From the NCBI GenBank assembly GCA_965285935.1, contig OZ260667.1, positions 15,810,001 to 15,874,000 of the forward strand: a stretch of 64,000 bases of DNA, in the 5' to 3' direction. Numbering within the stretch: position 1 is the stretch's first letter; each line of letters begins with the position of its first letter. The translations under genes were made by a program, and so were the position numbers. The stretch is from Ophelia neglecta. Its lineage: Eukaryota. This document shows, piece by piece, positions 38,201 to 53,200 of this stretch. The notes under the pieces were generated by a model. It was given only the letters and a program-made list of their open reading frames with translations. It made no database searches and was not told where the DNA came from.

Positions 38201-41200
38201 CAATTAGAGAGAGAAGAAAAAAACAATTGGAATAACTTTGTACTCATATAATATGTTACAATTAAGGTAAAACTGATGCTTTTGTATTAAAAAGTAATTG
38301 GTTTAAAGACCCTCACCTTTTTTTAATGAGCATTCTATTTTTCAGAGACAAGTGGGCAGTTAAATTATATTAACTTTTTAGGGCAGACTAAGTCTCATAT
38401 ACATTAGTTTTAACTTTGATAGGTTATAAGTGAAACAGAGACCACTTAGGTTCACATATATAATCTGTTATGATTGGTTTTAATGAATAAGACTGATAAT
38501 TAGCGTTTATGAGCATGACCCTTACCTCATTAGCTCGCTCCACATCGGCCACAATCATCTCCATCTCGTCTGACCTATAACAATAAAACTAATTTAAACA
38601 CTTAAAGGCTAGGCACAATGTATGAATTAGTTAATCAGAAATAGCAGCACCAAAAAAACATGACTATATCATGTTGTCAATTATTTAGAAACAAAAGAAT
38701 TGTATACAGTAAAACATAACCCCATCCTCATTCATTTGGGAACTAATAACAACAGCCACTTAGTAAAAACAATATAGGATCATCTTCATAGACAAATGGA
38801 TTAACATGGGGCCAACAAAAACTAATCCTTTGTAATACAAGTAGAAATATATATATATTAATCTTTTAATACCACAATATCAATCTTTTAATCCAAACAT
38901 TTTGTTCTTTAAGCTATGACTTAAAACCCCAGTCAAAAACTAGCAAGAACAAAATATGAAACCATTTGCAATTTTTCTGAACTGTTTTACTTGAACAAGT
39001 CATATACATTGTACATGTAAATAAAATAGGCATTCAGCATTGATTAGGAACTGAACATAAAACTCAGACTTGTCAAGAAATCACAAGGTATCACCTCAGA
39101 TTGGGTAGAGAGATGTTGACCTATATGATGTTTTCTTTTTATAATAAGACATGAGATGATGAGGTAAGTATCCGAGTGATCTGTAGTAGAATGCTGTGAC
39201 ACTCTGATAAGAAATAGCTCAAAAACATATCCAAAACAGATCCATTGACTGACTAGATAATGTCATGATACAATATGCCTTTCATATTCAACATGTTGTG
39301 TCCAAATAAATTCATATCTAGAAGGATTAAATCAATAACTGATTGGGTTTCACTGCTAATGATTCCAATACACAACCAAAGGATTTCTCTGAGCTGAGTA
39401 AAGCAGACTAAATGCCAGATCTAGTTGGCCTTATGAGGTTTTTATACAAGACCTGTTACACAACTTCACCCAAATATGCATCATCTGCATGAAGGAAATG
39501 AAGCCACCCATGTCAAATGACTGAATATTCTAGAATTACCCAAAGAATAGAGGAGGTGAGTTTGATTATTACTGACAAGATGACATGGAACGTTATTGAT
39601 GAGAGCAATATGGCTACATATTTCACTTTCAGTGATGGGCATCAAATGTCAGACTCGATGCTGTAGATCTATACAATATCCCATCCTGAACGTTGATCCC
39701 TCCCTTTGGACCAAATCATGGTAGATTATCATACCACAGAAAGTCATCTGCCTTTATAGGGTAGGAGTGCCTACATGGGCAGCATTACCCACAATGATCA
39801 CATGTCAAAGCACCCACAGTTCCCAATTAGCTTCCGATGCATCAGCCCTACGCAGAGAAACAATTGCATTTCTGGCAATTATATCTCTTTCTCTCAGTAA
39901 TTTTCTAAACTGGTAATAATTTTCTAGTGAATCAGTCAGATTGACCCTTATCGCTTGGACATCAATTGTGTTTAACTGCCTGACTTGATACATTACAGTT
40001 CAAATTCGAGGGACAAGTTGGAGAAATATCGTGATACATTGCTGTACAAAGATAATGTATTGTGATGCAGTAAGGTTCAAATAGGCAGCTAAATCCCTGT
40101 AAATTCATCAATATCCTAATACTTTTGAACACAAATTCATCACAGCTGATTGTCCTCCACAACAAAAAGTAATCCTGCTAGCAAGAGTTCCAGAAGTTTA
40201 ACACTGTATTAGAAAGAATGCTCTTAGAAGGCTGAAGAGTGGGGGAGATTAAGCCATGTGTGTCTAAAGGTGTGGAGCTTTATCTTAGAACATCTATGGA
40301 TATAAATATATTAATTTTCTTTTTAAATTGACTCATTTACACTATACTTTGACAATTTGTAAACAGACAAACTAGTAGCACCTCTCTCCAGGTCACATAA
40401 GCTGGACTTTAGATACATCCCAATGTGGTTCATCTATTATTTCCTTGGTGAATACTGCAGGACAACAGACTAGCTGAAATTGCTCAACTAGTGACCAGAA
40501 GAGATTTTGTTACGAGCTTTCTGTCTAGTGAATAGACTAAAAGTGTTGTTTACTCAATGACTCTACTTTTTTAATAAAATAAAATACCCCCAAAAAAACA
40601 ACTGCTTACTGGTAAAAAGATTTCGTTGTGGCAATACCTTGAGTGAAGGTTATATTTCTCCATGCAAAGAATTTCTCCCCAGAAAAGAAATGTTAAATGA
40701 AATGTAGACAAGTCATCAGTTAATATCTATATTTTCATCTTTCCCCAATTTTTATTTCCAGGCAGACATTCTTCCTGGATCATTTAATTCTGGCTGATAT
40801 GGAATTGAAACCCACTATGATTCAGATGACAGGCTGAAACACGTGAGACTAGTTTTGTTTTTACATTGGTCAGCTATACAGTATGCCTTCAACACCCCCA
40901 GTTAAACTTTACTAACTTGTACACTGGCCCTTACAATGTATTGAAGTATATGAAAAAAACAGTGGCAGGGGACTGTAGAGCCAGAATAGTGTATTATACA
41001 ATGTATGTTCATATATATAGATATATCAAATGGAGTTAGTAGTACATGAGCACGGCAGCAGTATATCAATCTGCACTAATACTTGGCCACTTAATCTATG
41101 TGGTTATTAAACGGCACAGCACACCCATTCTGAATCAGCTTTTATTAATAGGTAAAACAATAATCTAAGATCTTTCAAAATGGAAAGATCAGATCCATGT

Positions 41201-44200
41201 GAAATATGATAACACTCAATTACATTTTTGCAGAACCCATCTGATATTGGCAGAACTAGTAGTGAGTTAACATACACATCTTGTACCACGAAACTTCCGT
41301 TAGGAATGAGTTACAAGTTCAACACCAAAATACCTGGTGTGGAATTCCATACCTGATCTTTATATTCTAGCTATTTGAAACCCCTTCTTGTTCTAACTAA
41401 TCACATATCAGCTATTACTCTATAATAGCCGTTATAATCTGCCTTGGACCCTACCTGACACCTATGGTCATTTCAATAAGATGCCCAGTCAAGTCACTGC
41501 CACACTTCTCTGGCTGGTATTAAAACCCAGTTCAAAGTCCAAAAAGCTAGTCTATCCTTCAAGTACTCATTATATAATAACTACAATTGTTATGCAGAGA
41601 TTATTAAAGAAAAATAAAGACTAGACTGAGTACTTCAGACAGAACTCCATACAGGGGATTAACATTACCAGTACCTCCAATATTAGCTGGGAGGCTGAGC
41701 CGCCATTCTTGATATGCCCTTTGAATTGTGTTTAGAAATCCATTTCACCCCTGAATGTTAAGTGTGTACAGAACTTCATCTCACCCCTGAATGTTAAAAT
41801 GTATATGGAACTCCATCTCACCCCTTAATGTTAAAATGTGTACAGAATTCTATCTCTTCCCTGAATGTTGAAATGTGTACAAAACTCTATTACACCTCGG
41901 AATGTTAAAATGTATATGGAACTCCATCACCCCCCTTAATGTTAAAATGTATACAGAATGCCTTCTCACCCCTGACCCTGAATGTTGAATGTGACAGAAC
42001 TCTATCTCCCCCCTTAATGTTAAAATAAACACAGAACTCTATCTCATCCCTGAATATTGAAATGTATATGGAACTCCATCTCACCCTTTAAGCCTCAAAC
42101 CTGTGAGGATGCCATCGCACCCCTGAACAGAATGTTAAAAGGTGTACAGAACTCCATCTCACGTCTGAATGTTAAAATATGTATATAATGCCATCCAACC
42201 CCTAACCCTGAGTCTTAAAATGTGTCCAGATCTCCAACTCACCCCTGAATGTGAACTCATCTACTTGTTATCATCAAATATACGTCTGTTAGGCAGGCCT
42301 ACATTAAAGACTTTTTTTGCACCTTGAATTTTCAGCCTACATATAATAAAACTATTAAATAGAATGTAGCAAGTATACCACATTCTGAGCTCTGAGCTGT
42401 CATGTTAACAAGATTACAGATACCACATTCTGAGCTCTGAGCTGTCATGTTAACAAGAATACAGATACCACATTCTGAGCTCTGAGCTGTCATGTTAACT
42501 AGATTACAGATACCACATTCTGAGCTCTGAGCTGTCATGTTAACAAGATTACAGATACCACATTCTGAGCTCTGAGCTGTCATGTTAACAAGAATACAGA
42601 TACAGAATACAGATACCACATTCTGAGCACTGATATATCATGTTTACTAGATTACAGATACCACATTCTGAGCTCTGAGCTGTCATGTTAACAAGATTAC
42701 AGATACCATATTCTGAGCTCTGAGCTGTCATGTTAACAAGATTACAGGTACCACATTCTAAGCTCTGAGCTGTCATGTTAACAAGATTACAGATACCACA
42801 TTCTGAGCTCTGAGCTGTCATGTTAACAAGATTACAGATACCATATTCTGAGCTCTGAGCTGTCATGTTAACAAGATTACAGGTACCACATTCTAAGCTC
42901 TGAGCTGTCATGTTAACTAGATTACAGATACCACATTCTGAGCTCTGAGCTGTCATGTTAACAAGAATACAGATACAGAATACAGATACCACATTCTGAG
43001 CACTGATATATCATGTTTACTAGATTACAGATACCACATTCTGAGCACTGATATATCATGTTTACTAGATTACAGATACCACATTCTGAGCTCTGATATA
43101 TCATGTTTACTAGATTACAGATACCACACCCAGAGCTTGAGCTAAATCCTATAAAGCCAATACAAAGCTACAGTTATGTGAAGTACCGTATCCGACCGGG
43201 TTAGCGCCCAGGGCGTTAAAATTGGCCGAAACGCAAAATTGGGGGGTGGGCGCTAACCCAGACATGGGCGTTTAGGGAGCCAAAAACCTTCGGCAGGTGG
43301 GCGATAATAGGTGAATTTCGCATAAAATGTAGTATAGGTTGTTCCATGCTCGTATATTCCTTATATAAATATGCACTACTACTGTACACATTGCGCCACC
43401 TATCGGAGTGATGTCATAGAATGGTGTCGTGTGCATGGTTTCAACTTGAGTAATACGTCACTGCTTCTGCCATAAATTGTGATGAAACGCACAAGTTAAA
43501 ATCACGGAGACCACCTGTTCCATTTGATGAACGAAGTAAACAAGATTTATTGCAGATTGTCAAGCTGTTATGGATTAGGAGTGGAGGTTATTATGATGGA
43601 CCCTCATTATCAAAATTTGCTGCCAGAGTTGCGAGTTAGTGAATACTGGTTTTGTCAATTTGTGCACTCAATTAGTAACATGGAACTCGTAGTCTCGTAC
43701 TTGATGAAAAATATGAGGGGATAATCAAAGCTCAGATCACAATCTGGGACTGGTTGGGGGTGGGCGTTTAAGCTAGTTCTGCCCAAAATGGGGGGTGGGC
43801 GTTTACACGAACATGGGCGCTAACCCGGTCGGGTACGGTAGTTGATTTGTTGGCATGGGTCACATATCAATATACATGTATATCATAGTTTTTACTTCTA
43901 AATGGTGGCATGAGTATAGGAATGAGATTATAGCCCATAAGAAATATACTCTAAGCAGGACCAATCTTTTCACATATAACCACTTCAATGTGTGTGGACT
44001 CTGAGCAGGACTCATCCCATCACAGATAACCACTTCAATGTGTGTGGAGTCTGAGCAGGACTCATCCCATCACAGATAACCACTTCAATGTGTGTGGACT
44101 CTGAGCAGGACTCATCCCTTCACAGATAACCACTTCAATGTGTGTGGACTCTGAGCAGGACTCATCCCATCACAGATAACCACTTCAATGTGTGTGGACT

Positions 44201-47200
44201 CTGAGCAGGACTCATCCCATCACAGATAACCACTTCAATGTGTGTGGACTCTGAGCAGGACTCATCCCATCACAGATAACCACTTCAATGTGTGTGGAGT
44301 CTGAGCAGGACTCATCCCATCACAGATAACCACTTCAATGTGTGTGTGAACTCTTGAGTAGGACTCGTCCCATCACAGATAACCACTTCAGTGTGTGTGG
44401 ACTCTGAGCAGGACTCATCCCATCACAAGTTTTCACCATCAATATTTCATGAATGTGTTACTTTGGAGATATTGATGACGCATTTTACATACATCAAGAT
44501 CCAATACTTCCTAGTGATGTTTCTCACCAGCTAAATCAATAGCCTTTGTTTTTTAGCTTACTATCCAAACAAACCTTTTTTCTCACATGTCACACACAAT
44601 GTCGGCAAGCTCATGGTCTAAGTGCTGAGCCTATAAAGACAGACTTTTTAAGCGGGTGAAGGATTTTTTTTAGTTGATGATCAATGGTAAAAGACATAAA
44701 TGATGAAAAGACATCGAACTGTGATATGTTTAGTGATATCTGATATGTGGAATCCATACCTCAGGAACCCAACCATGGTGATAGAGGCATGTGCAAAACA
44801 ATGATTATTCATCACCACAATTGACACATCACTTATATTCACAACACTCCACCAAAAATCAATACCCTGCTTGCTGATGAACAAACTAAATAAACTTTCA
44901 TGCTAATGGTGTGTGAAAGCTTTTGTTTCTACCAACTAAAGCTTTTGAAAAAGAGTAATTTTCCAGGAAGCAATCGATGCTATCAGAATATTGAACATTT
45001 AAATTGTAAAGGAACAAGAGTTTGAAAATAACTTGGCATCCCTTCCTAACATGAGACTGTCACCGGCGTGTTGTTTTCATATTGATGAGCAGTCAAAACA
45101 TTTATTAACCTAACTATGGTATTTCTTAGGCCCTTGGCAAAATCACTACAACCTCAAATAGTCTAACACCTTCCTCAACAGGGAGGTTCTGACATGAAAC
45201 ACCCAAATTGTGTGTAAATACATGGTTACTGCTTTCTGCTGAAGTTTTAAGTGCCAAAGCTGACACCTAGCAGAAGATTACCAGAACAGAGGAAATGCAA
45301 ATTTCTGCTTCTGAATGGTAATGATGACGCCCAAAACACTCCCTAGATCTTTTTTGACAGTAGAAACTGGGACAGCGATTGAGTCAATGGTTTAAACAGA
45401 CGGAGGTGTCAACAGTAATCTGAAAAAATTCACACGCGACAGAAAAAGTAAACCCATCTTGCACAAATGGTTATGGTAGCAACTTGATAACTGTCTGAAG
45501 TAGATGGGCTACGAACAAAATAAACTTCAACAATCAACATTTCAATGAGTGCATACCTTCAAGAAAATGGTAGCAAGTGGCCTCAAAACTGTTTACCTGA
45601 AAGCCATATGTATTTCAATATAGCTAATGAGATAACAAAGAGTAAAACAACAATCTGACATTAGCAGGTTTCAATCTGTTACTAAGACATTCATATATCA
45701 TGGATCCTGTTTCAAACAAAGCAAGCACCATTGACAGGTGATTCCTAGGCACACTGTAATATGTGTCCCTTGGGATCATTATTAACCCATACTTTCTAAT
45801 GCCACTAAGTGCTGATTGACTTTTGGGAGACGTATTGACCCCCCTGATGTAGTATCCATTTGACTATTTGTTTTGTACACAAATCTCAAATCAAAACAGC
45901 TTTGCAACATGAACATCAGCAACAGATATTGAGCAGAGTGCATTCAGCAGGGAATAAGGGAAAGAATCGAACATGTCTTGTCGGGCAGTTTGGCTTCTAC
46001 CAGATAGCAAACAGGGTTATCCCTTGTCAAATTGACTGCCAGCTCCACAGATTTAATGTGTAACCTAAGCTCCGAGTTGGCCGCTGGAGCATTGACAAGC
46101 CACAAAACCAATATAGACACATTGTCATCGATAATTTAAGTCACCACACAATAAAATGCTCCTGTAAATAAATGATGGTATATCTAATAGTAGCATCCTG
46201 GACAAATATTTAAATACAATGAGTAGCTGGTCACTTTCTTTTGGTAAGACAATGATGTACTATGGTGACAATCAATGACTGGACACTATCATCAGATTTG
46301 ATGAAATTAATCAATAAGCTTTGTTATAAACTGATTGAACAATCTGGTTAATATATTTTAGTGGATAAAGTTTCACAAGGAAGCAGCCACAAGTGTATAA
46401 TAACACTTTATAGCTGCTCTGATTATTGCCTTTTTCTGAACATTTTCCTGACAAAGCAGTTCATTGCATTTTTCTTTTTTTCCAGCATATAAAAGCAAGA
46501 CCATGTGCAAATCTTACTATCAAGTATCGAACGCATTTTCAATTTTTAGTATAAACAGCTTTAACTATCACTGGCAAAGATGTACTATTCTCTCAAAGAC
46601 TTTCAGTATTGCTGAGAAAATGCACCTTCAGCTTCAAAAGGCATGTTCTCTAATTCCAATTTAACTAAAAATAAGTCTTTTATTGGAAAATCCACTTTTA
46701 TTTATTACTTATTGTAATAGATTAAAATTCTAATACTGGTGAAAGTCGTGATACTTGTATTACAATATTCCTATCAAAATAAAGAAGCCAATAACAGAGG
46801 CTCATTTCAAGTTTATCGGAGTGAGAGGCAGAAGATGCACAGGTTATTGACAATGTGATACATGTCATAAATAACTATTAAACCACTTTCTATCATATTT
46901 GTAGGAAAACTCTTGACATTTTATACGGCAATGAAGAAATTGGAATCACTTCTCAAACCAATTTGTTAGAAATACACATCAGAACTAAAAAGGATGATAG
47001 CTTCAAGTTCAAAATAAGCAGCTAACAGTTGACTTACTTGGCAGATGTGGCTTCATCATATTTGGTCTTCAAGTCAAACAGCTCTGACTGGGTGCTTTCC
47101 AGGGCTAAAACAAAAACATCAACAAGGTTGGCTGTATAGCAAGCCATTACGGGTGTTTAGAAATGCATGCCCCCCAATCTAAATACGTCAAATATGTTAT

Positions 47201-50200
47201 CACAGGAAAAATATCCAACCCAACAAAATTTTTTGGTAAAATACTTTTGTTTCAAGTAATAAAGTTAATTAGGCAGCTATGTTTAATTCTTGTGGCAGCA
47301 AGTTTACAAGTTCTTGCACTGAAATTTTACTGGAAAGAAGTACACATGGCTAGAGTTTTGAAAAATTCATCATACAGATTTCCAAGCCTTGACTTCATAA
47401 TATTTGCTAAAATAGTTTGTGTGGGTCAAGGCATTGGACACTTACAGCTAATGCAATACGCTGTAGACAGACCAGAATATATATCCCCAGTGCTTCCCTG
47501 CAAAAAGGTGGTGGTGGTGGTGGTGGTGGTAGGGGGGGGGGGGGCAATAAATTTGACCACTTCAAAGCAGCCACCTCTGTTATCCAATTAAGAAATGATT
47601 TTAAAGTTTTTGTCTAAATAACTTCTCTTTCTATTGGAAATTTGTTTATTACAGAAGGCATGGGTGAAGCAGTGGACAGGAAATGCTATAGAAAAATATT
47701 CTGCCTCACAGCAGTAGGACTATTACCACCAAAACACGGCTGAGATTGTGAAAAGAGGGGCCAAAACAATGAAATTAGTGTCTAATATTAACCTTTTTCA
47801 AGAAATTTACTATGAATATTTTCATATTTTCTGAAAGGATATGACACCCTAAATTGTATTTGAAATTTCTCACATATTGGCAACTTGATCAGTTAGAAAC
47901 CAGCAATTTAACATAATTTCCTGTGTATTCTCTTAGAAGCCACTCCACCCATTAGTTTGGCAGCTGTCTGCGCTGGGTGACGAGTGCCACGAAGGCAGAC
48001 TGCACACTAATAATAACCAGTAGTGTAAGCAGTATTGGTCTATAAAGCCTGTCACCTATTGTGGGCTTCTCTTTCACTATTCTTTATTGTGATATTTTTC
48101 TTTTGTTAAAACATTCTCCATAGTTTTCTCATTTTTTTCCTAATGGTTATTTTAAAGAGGTGGACAATATCAAAGCTGCTCGATATGTTATTTGCAAAAA
48201 AAGCTTGAATCTACCATAGGTTACCTTTACACCAGGGTAAACTAAAAACTGACTCACGAGTGTTCAGCACCACAGCTTAGAGCTGTTAGACACGAGAAAG
48301 AATCGAAGCTTGTCACAGCGCATACAAGTGTCAATATACTACTGTGAACTCACCACTTTGTAGAGTGGCCACTTTGTGCTCTGCCTCTCCAAGCTTCTTG
48401 GCCACAGAGAGTTGAGTCTCTTGGAGCTGTCTCTCTTTCTCAGTAAACAGTCTCTGGAGTTCTTTTTCTTTATCCTTTGCCCTCATCTGCAACAATAAAA
48501 AATTGGAAATTTAATTAATAAGCGAAGGCTAAATTAATTGCAAGTCAATCCCTGTCAAAAAGGAATGATTAGCTCCTAACAATTTTCTGAAATCTGCATG
48601 ACAGAAAAAATAGAAGATGCAAAAATACCCGATTGAAATGCCAAAGATTTCAATCAAAGTTAGACATGACTTGGCAATATTCTTGGTGAGAAAAATGAGC
48701 AAACATGAAAATTAAATTGAGGCATTATTGATTTCATCTAAAACGTCTATACTGTATTTGTGATTTGTCTTCAATAACTGGTCAGGAAATGACAGGAAAA
48801 TAACTCCATCACCGCCTCCACAAAGAGGACAGAGTCATCAGCGCAGATAGAAACACTGCTCAAAGATCTGTCAGCATTTGATTCCTTGATATTGATAGTA
48901 CTCATGGCAGGAAGAGAATTTTGACAAAACCCTGGGAGCATTGATCAGCGATGTGATAAAAGGCAGCAAAAGCTCGCCTTCGGTTTACATGGTTTAATCT
49001 CAAGGACTGTCCGTGTGATTGGCATGAAACTTGACACGCCGTAGCTATCAGACACCGATCTGTGTGACCCCCATGTCCCTAGCCTCCAGCATCTCACCTG
49101 ATTAGCCATGGCAAGGAAATGGCTTAATCACTGTGGAAAAAAAAACTTGGAAAAAAATGCAACCCCTTCACAGAGCCCCGATTATCTCAACACTGTTTTC
49201 TCCCTATGTTTGTTCTTGTGCCTCATCAACCAGAGTTGAGTTAGCAACGCTATCTTCTGATCTAATCTTAACAAACTGCCTTTCCTCCATGCAGCCAGGC
49301 AGGAAAACAAGATACTTTCTCATATACCACCTTTGGTAATGCAGATCTATGATAAAATGGGCAAAGCCAGCATGTTAGGTGATCAGAGCATCTTCTAATT
49401 ACAAACAGTGGGATATAACCCCTGGAGGGTTTGCCGGTATTGATCAACACCTTATATAATAAGGATAATAACTAACTCATAGTCTCAGACAATACCCTTT
49501 GTCTGATGAAATTTGAAAACACCTTTTGTAATTATAATGATCGGTAGTTGTCTTGAAATTAGCCTTGTTAAGGGGTTGATGTATATATAAATACATTCAC
49601 CTTTTATTATAATTATAAAAGGCAAATCTTAACACTTTAATTATACATTTTATTGAATATTTATATTTACTATAGATAACAGCTACAGATAAAGCTGACC
49701 ATACAATCTATGACCAGCTTCATTCACAACCTCCGACCTGCTGGGCATGTCCCACCAAAAAAAATTATTTTCTTAAAAACTATCTAAGAAGCTTTATCAT
49801 AAACAATTTTGAAAGGGATATGGAAGGAGACTTTATATTTATTCTGAACTTCAGGGAGAATATTAATTTATTCATAACAATAAAATAGCTACTGTATTTC
49901 CCCAGATATAAGTAAGAACAAAATGGTCAAAATCAGATGAAAAAGTGAACATAATATCAAATATGTCTTTTTTCCAACTGATTCAACATCTTATATACTT
50001 CCAAATTGGTTAATATAATTTTACACATATCAATTATTGAGTCTTATATTGAATTTAAATTGAATTTGTGTTTTATCTAAAATAAAGACTATTTGCTGTG
50101 CAGGATGTCATTCTCCTGTTCAATTGCAGTTGGACATTCTGTGTCAGCTTTCCTTACAGTATAAGATGAAATCCAGTGAAAAATAGAATAGATTGAGTGT

Positions 50201-53200
50201 TGGCATCAAATAGCTCTTAACAACATTTACTGCATGAAACTTTATATTAAATTATCAGTTATGTCAATTTATAGCCACTTGATTTAAGTTGATGAATGAT
50301 ACACTTTAATATAGAGAATCATTGTTTCATATGAAGCTTCATTATAATCCAATACATAAATTTAAGGCCAATTCATTTATACATATGATATGCAGCTGTG
50401 ATTTTTAAAACAACTTTAAGAACTAGCTGATTTCATTGGTGTGTGTGCTGTCTTGTGGTGTTGACAAGTGTAATGCCTAGGATAGTGGGCAAGTGGACAC
50501 ATTTAGCGGGAAGGAAGATTTATGACTTTTTCACTACAAATAGGATTTTAAATTTGCTATAAGAGGTATTAATCTAGTAACATGTTAAGAGATTAATATG
50601 TATGGGAATTAGATAAATAGCAAGATAAGCCTTTTTTAATAACTTCCAGGTATTTCCACTTATTCAGTAACAAGCAGGGCTCTGTCACATGCTCCAGTCT
50701 GATAGCTAGGCAGACGTTCTTCAACAGGTACAGATCCTGTCCACTGAGATCTGATCACACCTGTACCCTCCGCACTAATTAATCAATACCTGACAGCTCG
50801 GAGGGTCTGATCAAGGATTTACACACCAATGATCTGGCTGCCATTGTAAGGAATCCATTCTTAATTACATCGTGTCAATGCAGTCTTTTCAATAGCTTGG
50901 TTGTGGAGATGAGAGCGATGCAGACCATATAGGAGAGTGATGTAGATAGATGGTGCCACCAGGCTGGGAGTGAATGAGATATTTGAGGGAGAGACCAACG
51001 CTTGTCATACCACCCTCCCCAGTACGGCCATCATTGAATTCTCAAACCTTTATTGTCAGGATTCTTAATCATAGGCATTCACTTTTAAATCATGGTTTAA
51101 AACACCTATACAAATAATTGGAGGATACAAACATTTGATGCATCGTTGATGCTACTGTTTGATTATGACTTGGAGAACCTACCTGGGCATTTTGTTCCAT
51201 CTTCTCTTCATAATCTTTACATTTCTCACGCAGCGTTTTAATGGTCACCTCTGTATGGAAATAATACACAAGTATTAGGATAACATGAAAAATATCAATA
51301 TAGCAATTTATCTTCCAACTTTACATATGAAAAACAAAACAGCCTTTAATTCATTTTGGGATGGCTTTATAATCTCTTATAGTATGATTTAAAGCTTAGC
51401 TGACTAGGATTGAAATGTGATGCAAACAAAAACACCCTATATTCTTAATATTCATTTTTATTGTGTGGATTACCAAATGTTACACCTTTTCAAAAACAAT
51501 ATCCATAGAAGCCCACATAACATGAATTTAGTGGACATTTCAATTGTCTTGTTGTCAATAAAAATATAATCATGAGGCCCAAGTATTGTGACCTTCTACA
51601 TGGTACTATTTCATCCACAAACAATTGGAGGTGTCACATTGCTGTAGATCACATCCAGACTGATTGAATTAATCAAAACTGATTCGCACATGAGGGCTGA
51701 TGATTGAAAAACAACATCCATTAACATGACACCATCCAGAAAGACAGCATCCAATATCTACTTGGAATAGAATTAAATTATTTTTATAACATATTCCTGT
51801 TGTCTTGTACATGTACTTGTATTGTCTTTCCCACATTCAATTTGTTTGCCATAAATCTAAGGGTATCAGAGAGAAAGCCAGTGGAACACCAGTATAGCAA
51901 CTTGGCACTTTCTAATTATGAAATTCAATCCACTGTGCATGCATGTAAAAAGATAGCACAATTCTAATGTACTGAAAATACAAAAAATCTGGTAAACTTC
52001 AAGTCAATCAAGTGATAATAATTGATATTTGAATATTCCTACAAAAATTTAATTAACAAATTTAAAATCAACTTTTAGGCATAAGCCGTAATTAAATTTA
52101 TCAGCGCTGAAAGCTTTCAAGTCTCTGGAGTAAAATAATTTATTCTTAACTTGCTATGGTATTGGTTTTAATGAGCTGGTATGTCTAAAACTTAAAAGAC
52201 TCATAAAAGGGACTATTACCACAAGTATCATAGCCGGTGTGATAAGTACAAGCACTTTCTTGGCAGTAAGTGTTGTGATAGATAACCATTAGCCGTGTGA
52301 CCTATTGTTATACCTGCTCGCTTTACACAGACCAATACATTCTTGGTCATTAAAACAATTAACTAACTTCATGGCTACGAGAGACAACGTCCAATGGGCA
52401 CAGATCACACAAGTTAACGGCACAATTAAAAAGTGAGTTGGAACAACAATTTAGTTTCTGACAAGCATTTTGAAAAAATATCTTATAAAGATGATCCAAA
52501 CGAGTGATATGCTAAGCCTGCTCATTTTCCTTACTGTTAGTGATATTTTATGAAAAAGAGCCAATTAAGTTACACAATATGATCCAACTATGTTTAACAC
52601 TTGACATTATGTTTATCCACAGGCTTCAGGATGTAACTTGTACTATAAGTAAATAATCATATTTCATGGTATACACATGATAAATCAGCGGAAGTTAGGC
52701 TTGTTTTAAATACCCAACAGGCAGAGGATTGATACTTGGGTTAATTATGGTGGCAAAGACATTAAATATGGATGTGTGTGGGTGAGAGAGTGGAGCAAAA
52801 GATCGATGAAGGGATAGGTATGGGGTAGCGGGCTGGCTGTGTGTCAGTGACACCCTGCGTAGGGACATGGGATGGGGCCGGGTATCTTAGGACCTGGGGA
52901 CAAAGGGTCTCAGGACAGGACAGCCACAAAGGCCATGCTAGCTCCTGTAGCTTGAATTACAGCCCCCTACCCTGCTCTCTGAGTGTAGTATTGGATCTTG
53001 ACTAAGACAAACTGCGGAACAAGTCAGCACATCATTAGCCCTGACAAACTGAAGCCTGGTCAACAAACGGGCTACAATAACAGGTCAGATTCTGAGCAAT
53101 GGAAGGCCGTCTCCAATCAGAATTTTAGAAGATATCAGGATCGGGACGCACTATTGCACAAAATGAATACATTGAACAGAGAACCTTTCGAGTTAAGGCT

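Noticed and set aside
42332-42992. ORFs with 15-aa Cys-containing repeats ([15 protein letters not shown])
   Set aside because: They are translations of the 45-bp minisatellite; there is no splice or homology support.
43976-44427. Regular repeats superficially like a CRISPR array
   Set aside because: The units are contiguous with no unique spacers, there are no cas genes, and the context is a eukaryotic intron.
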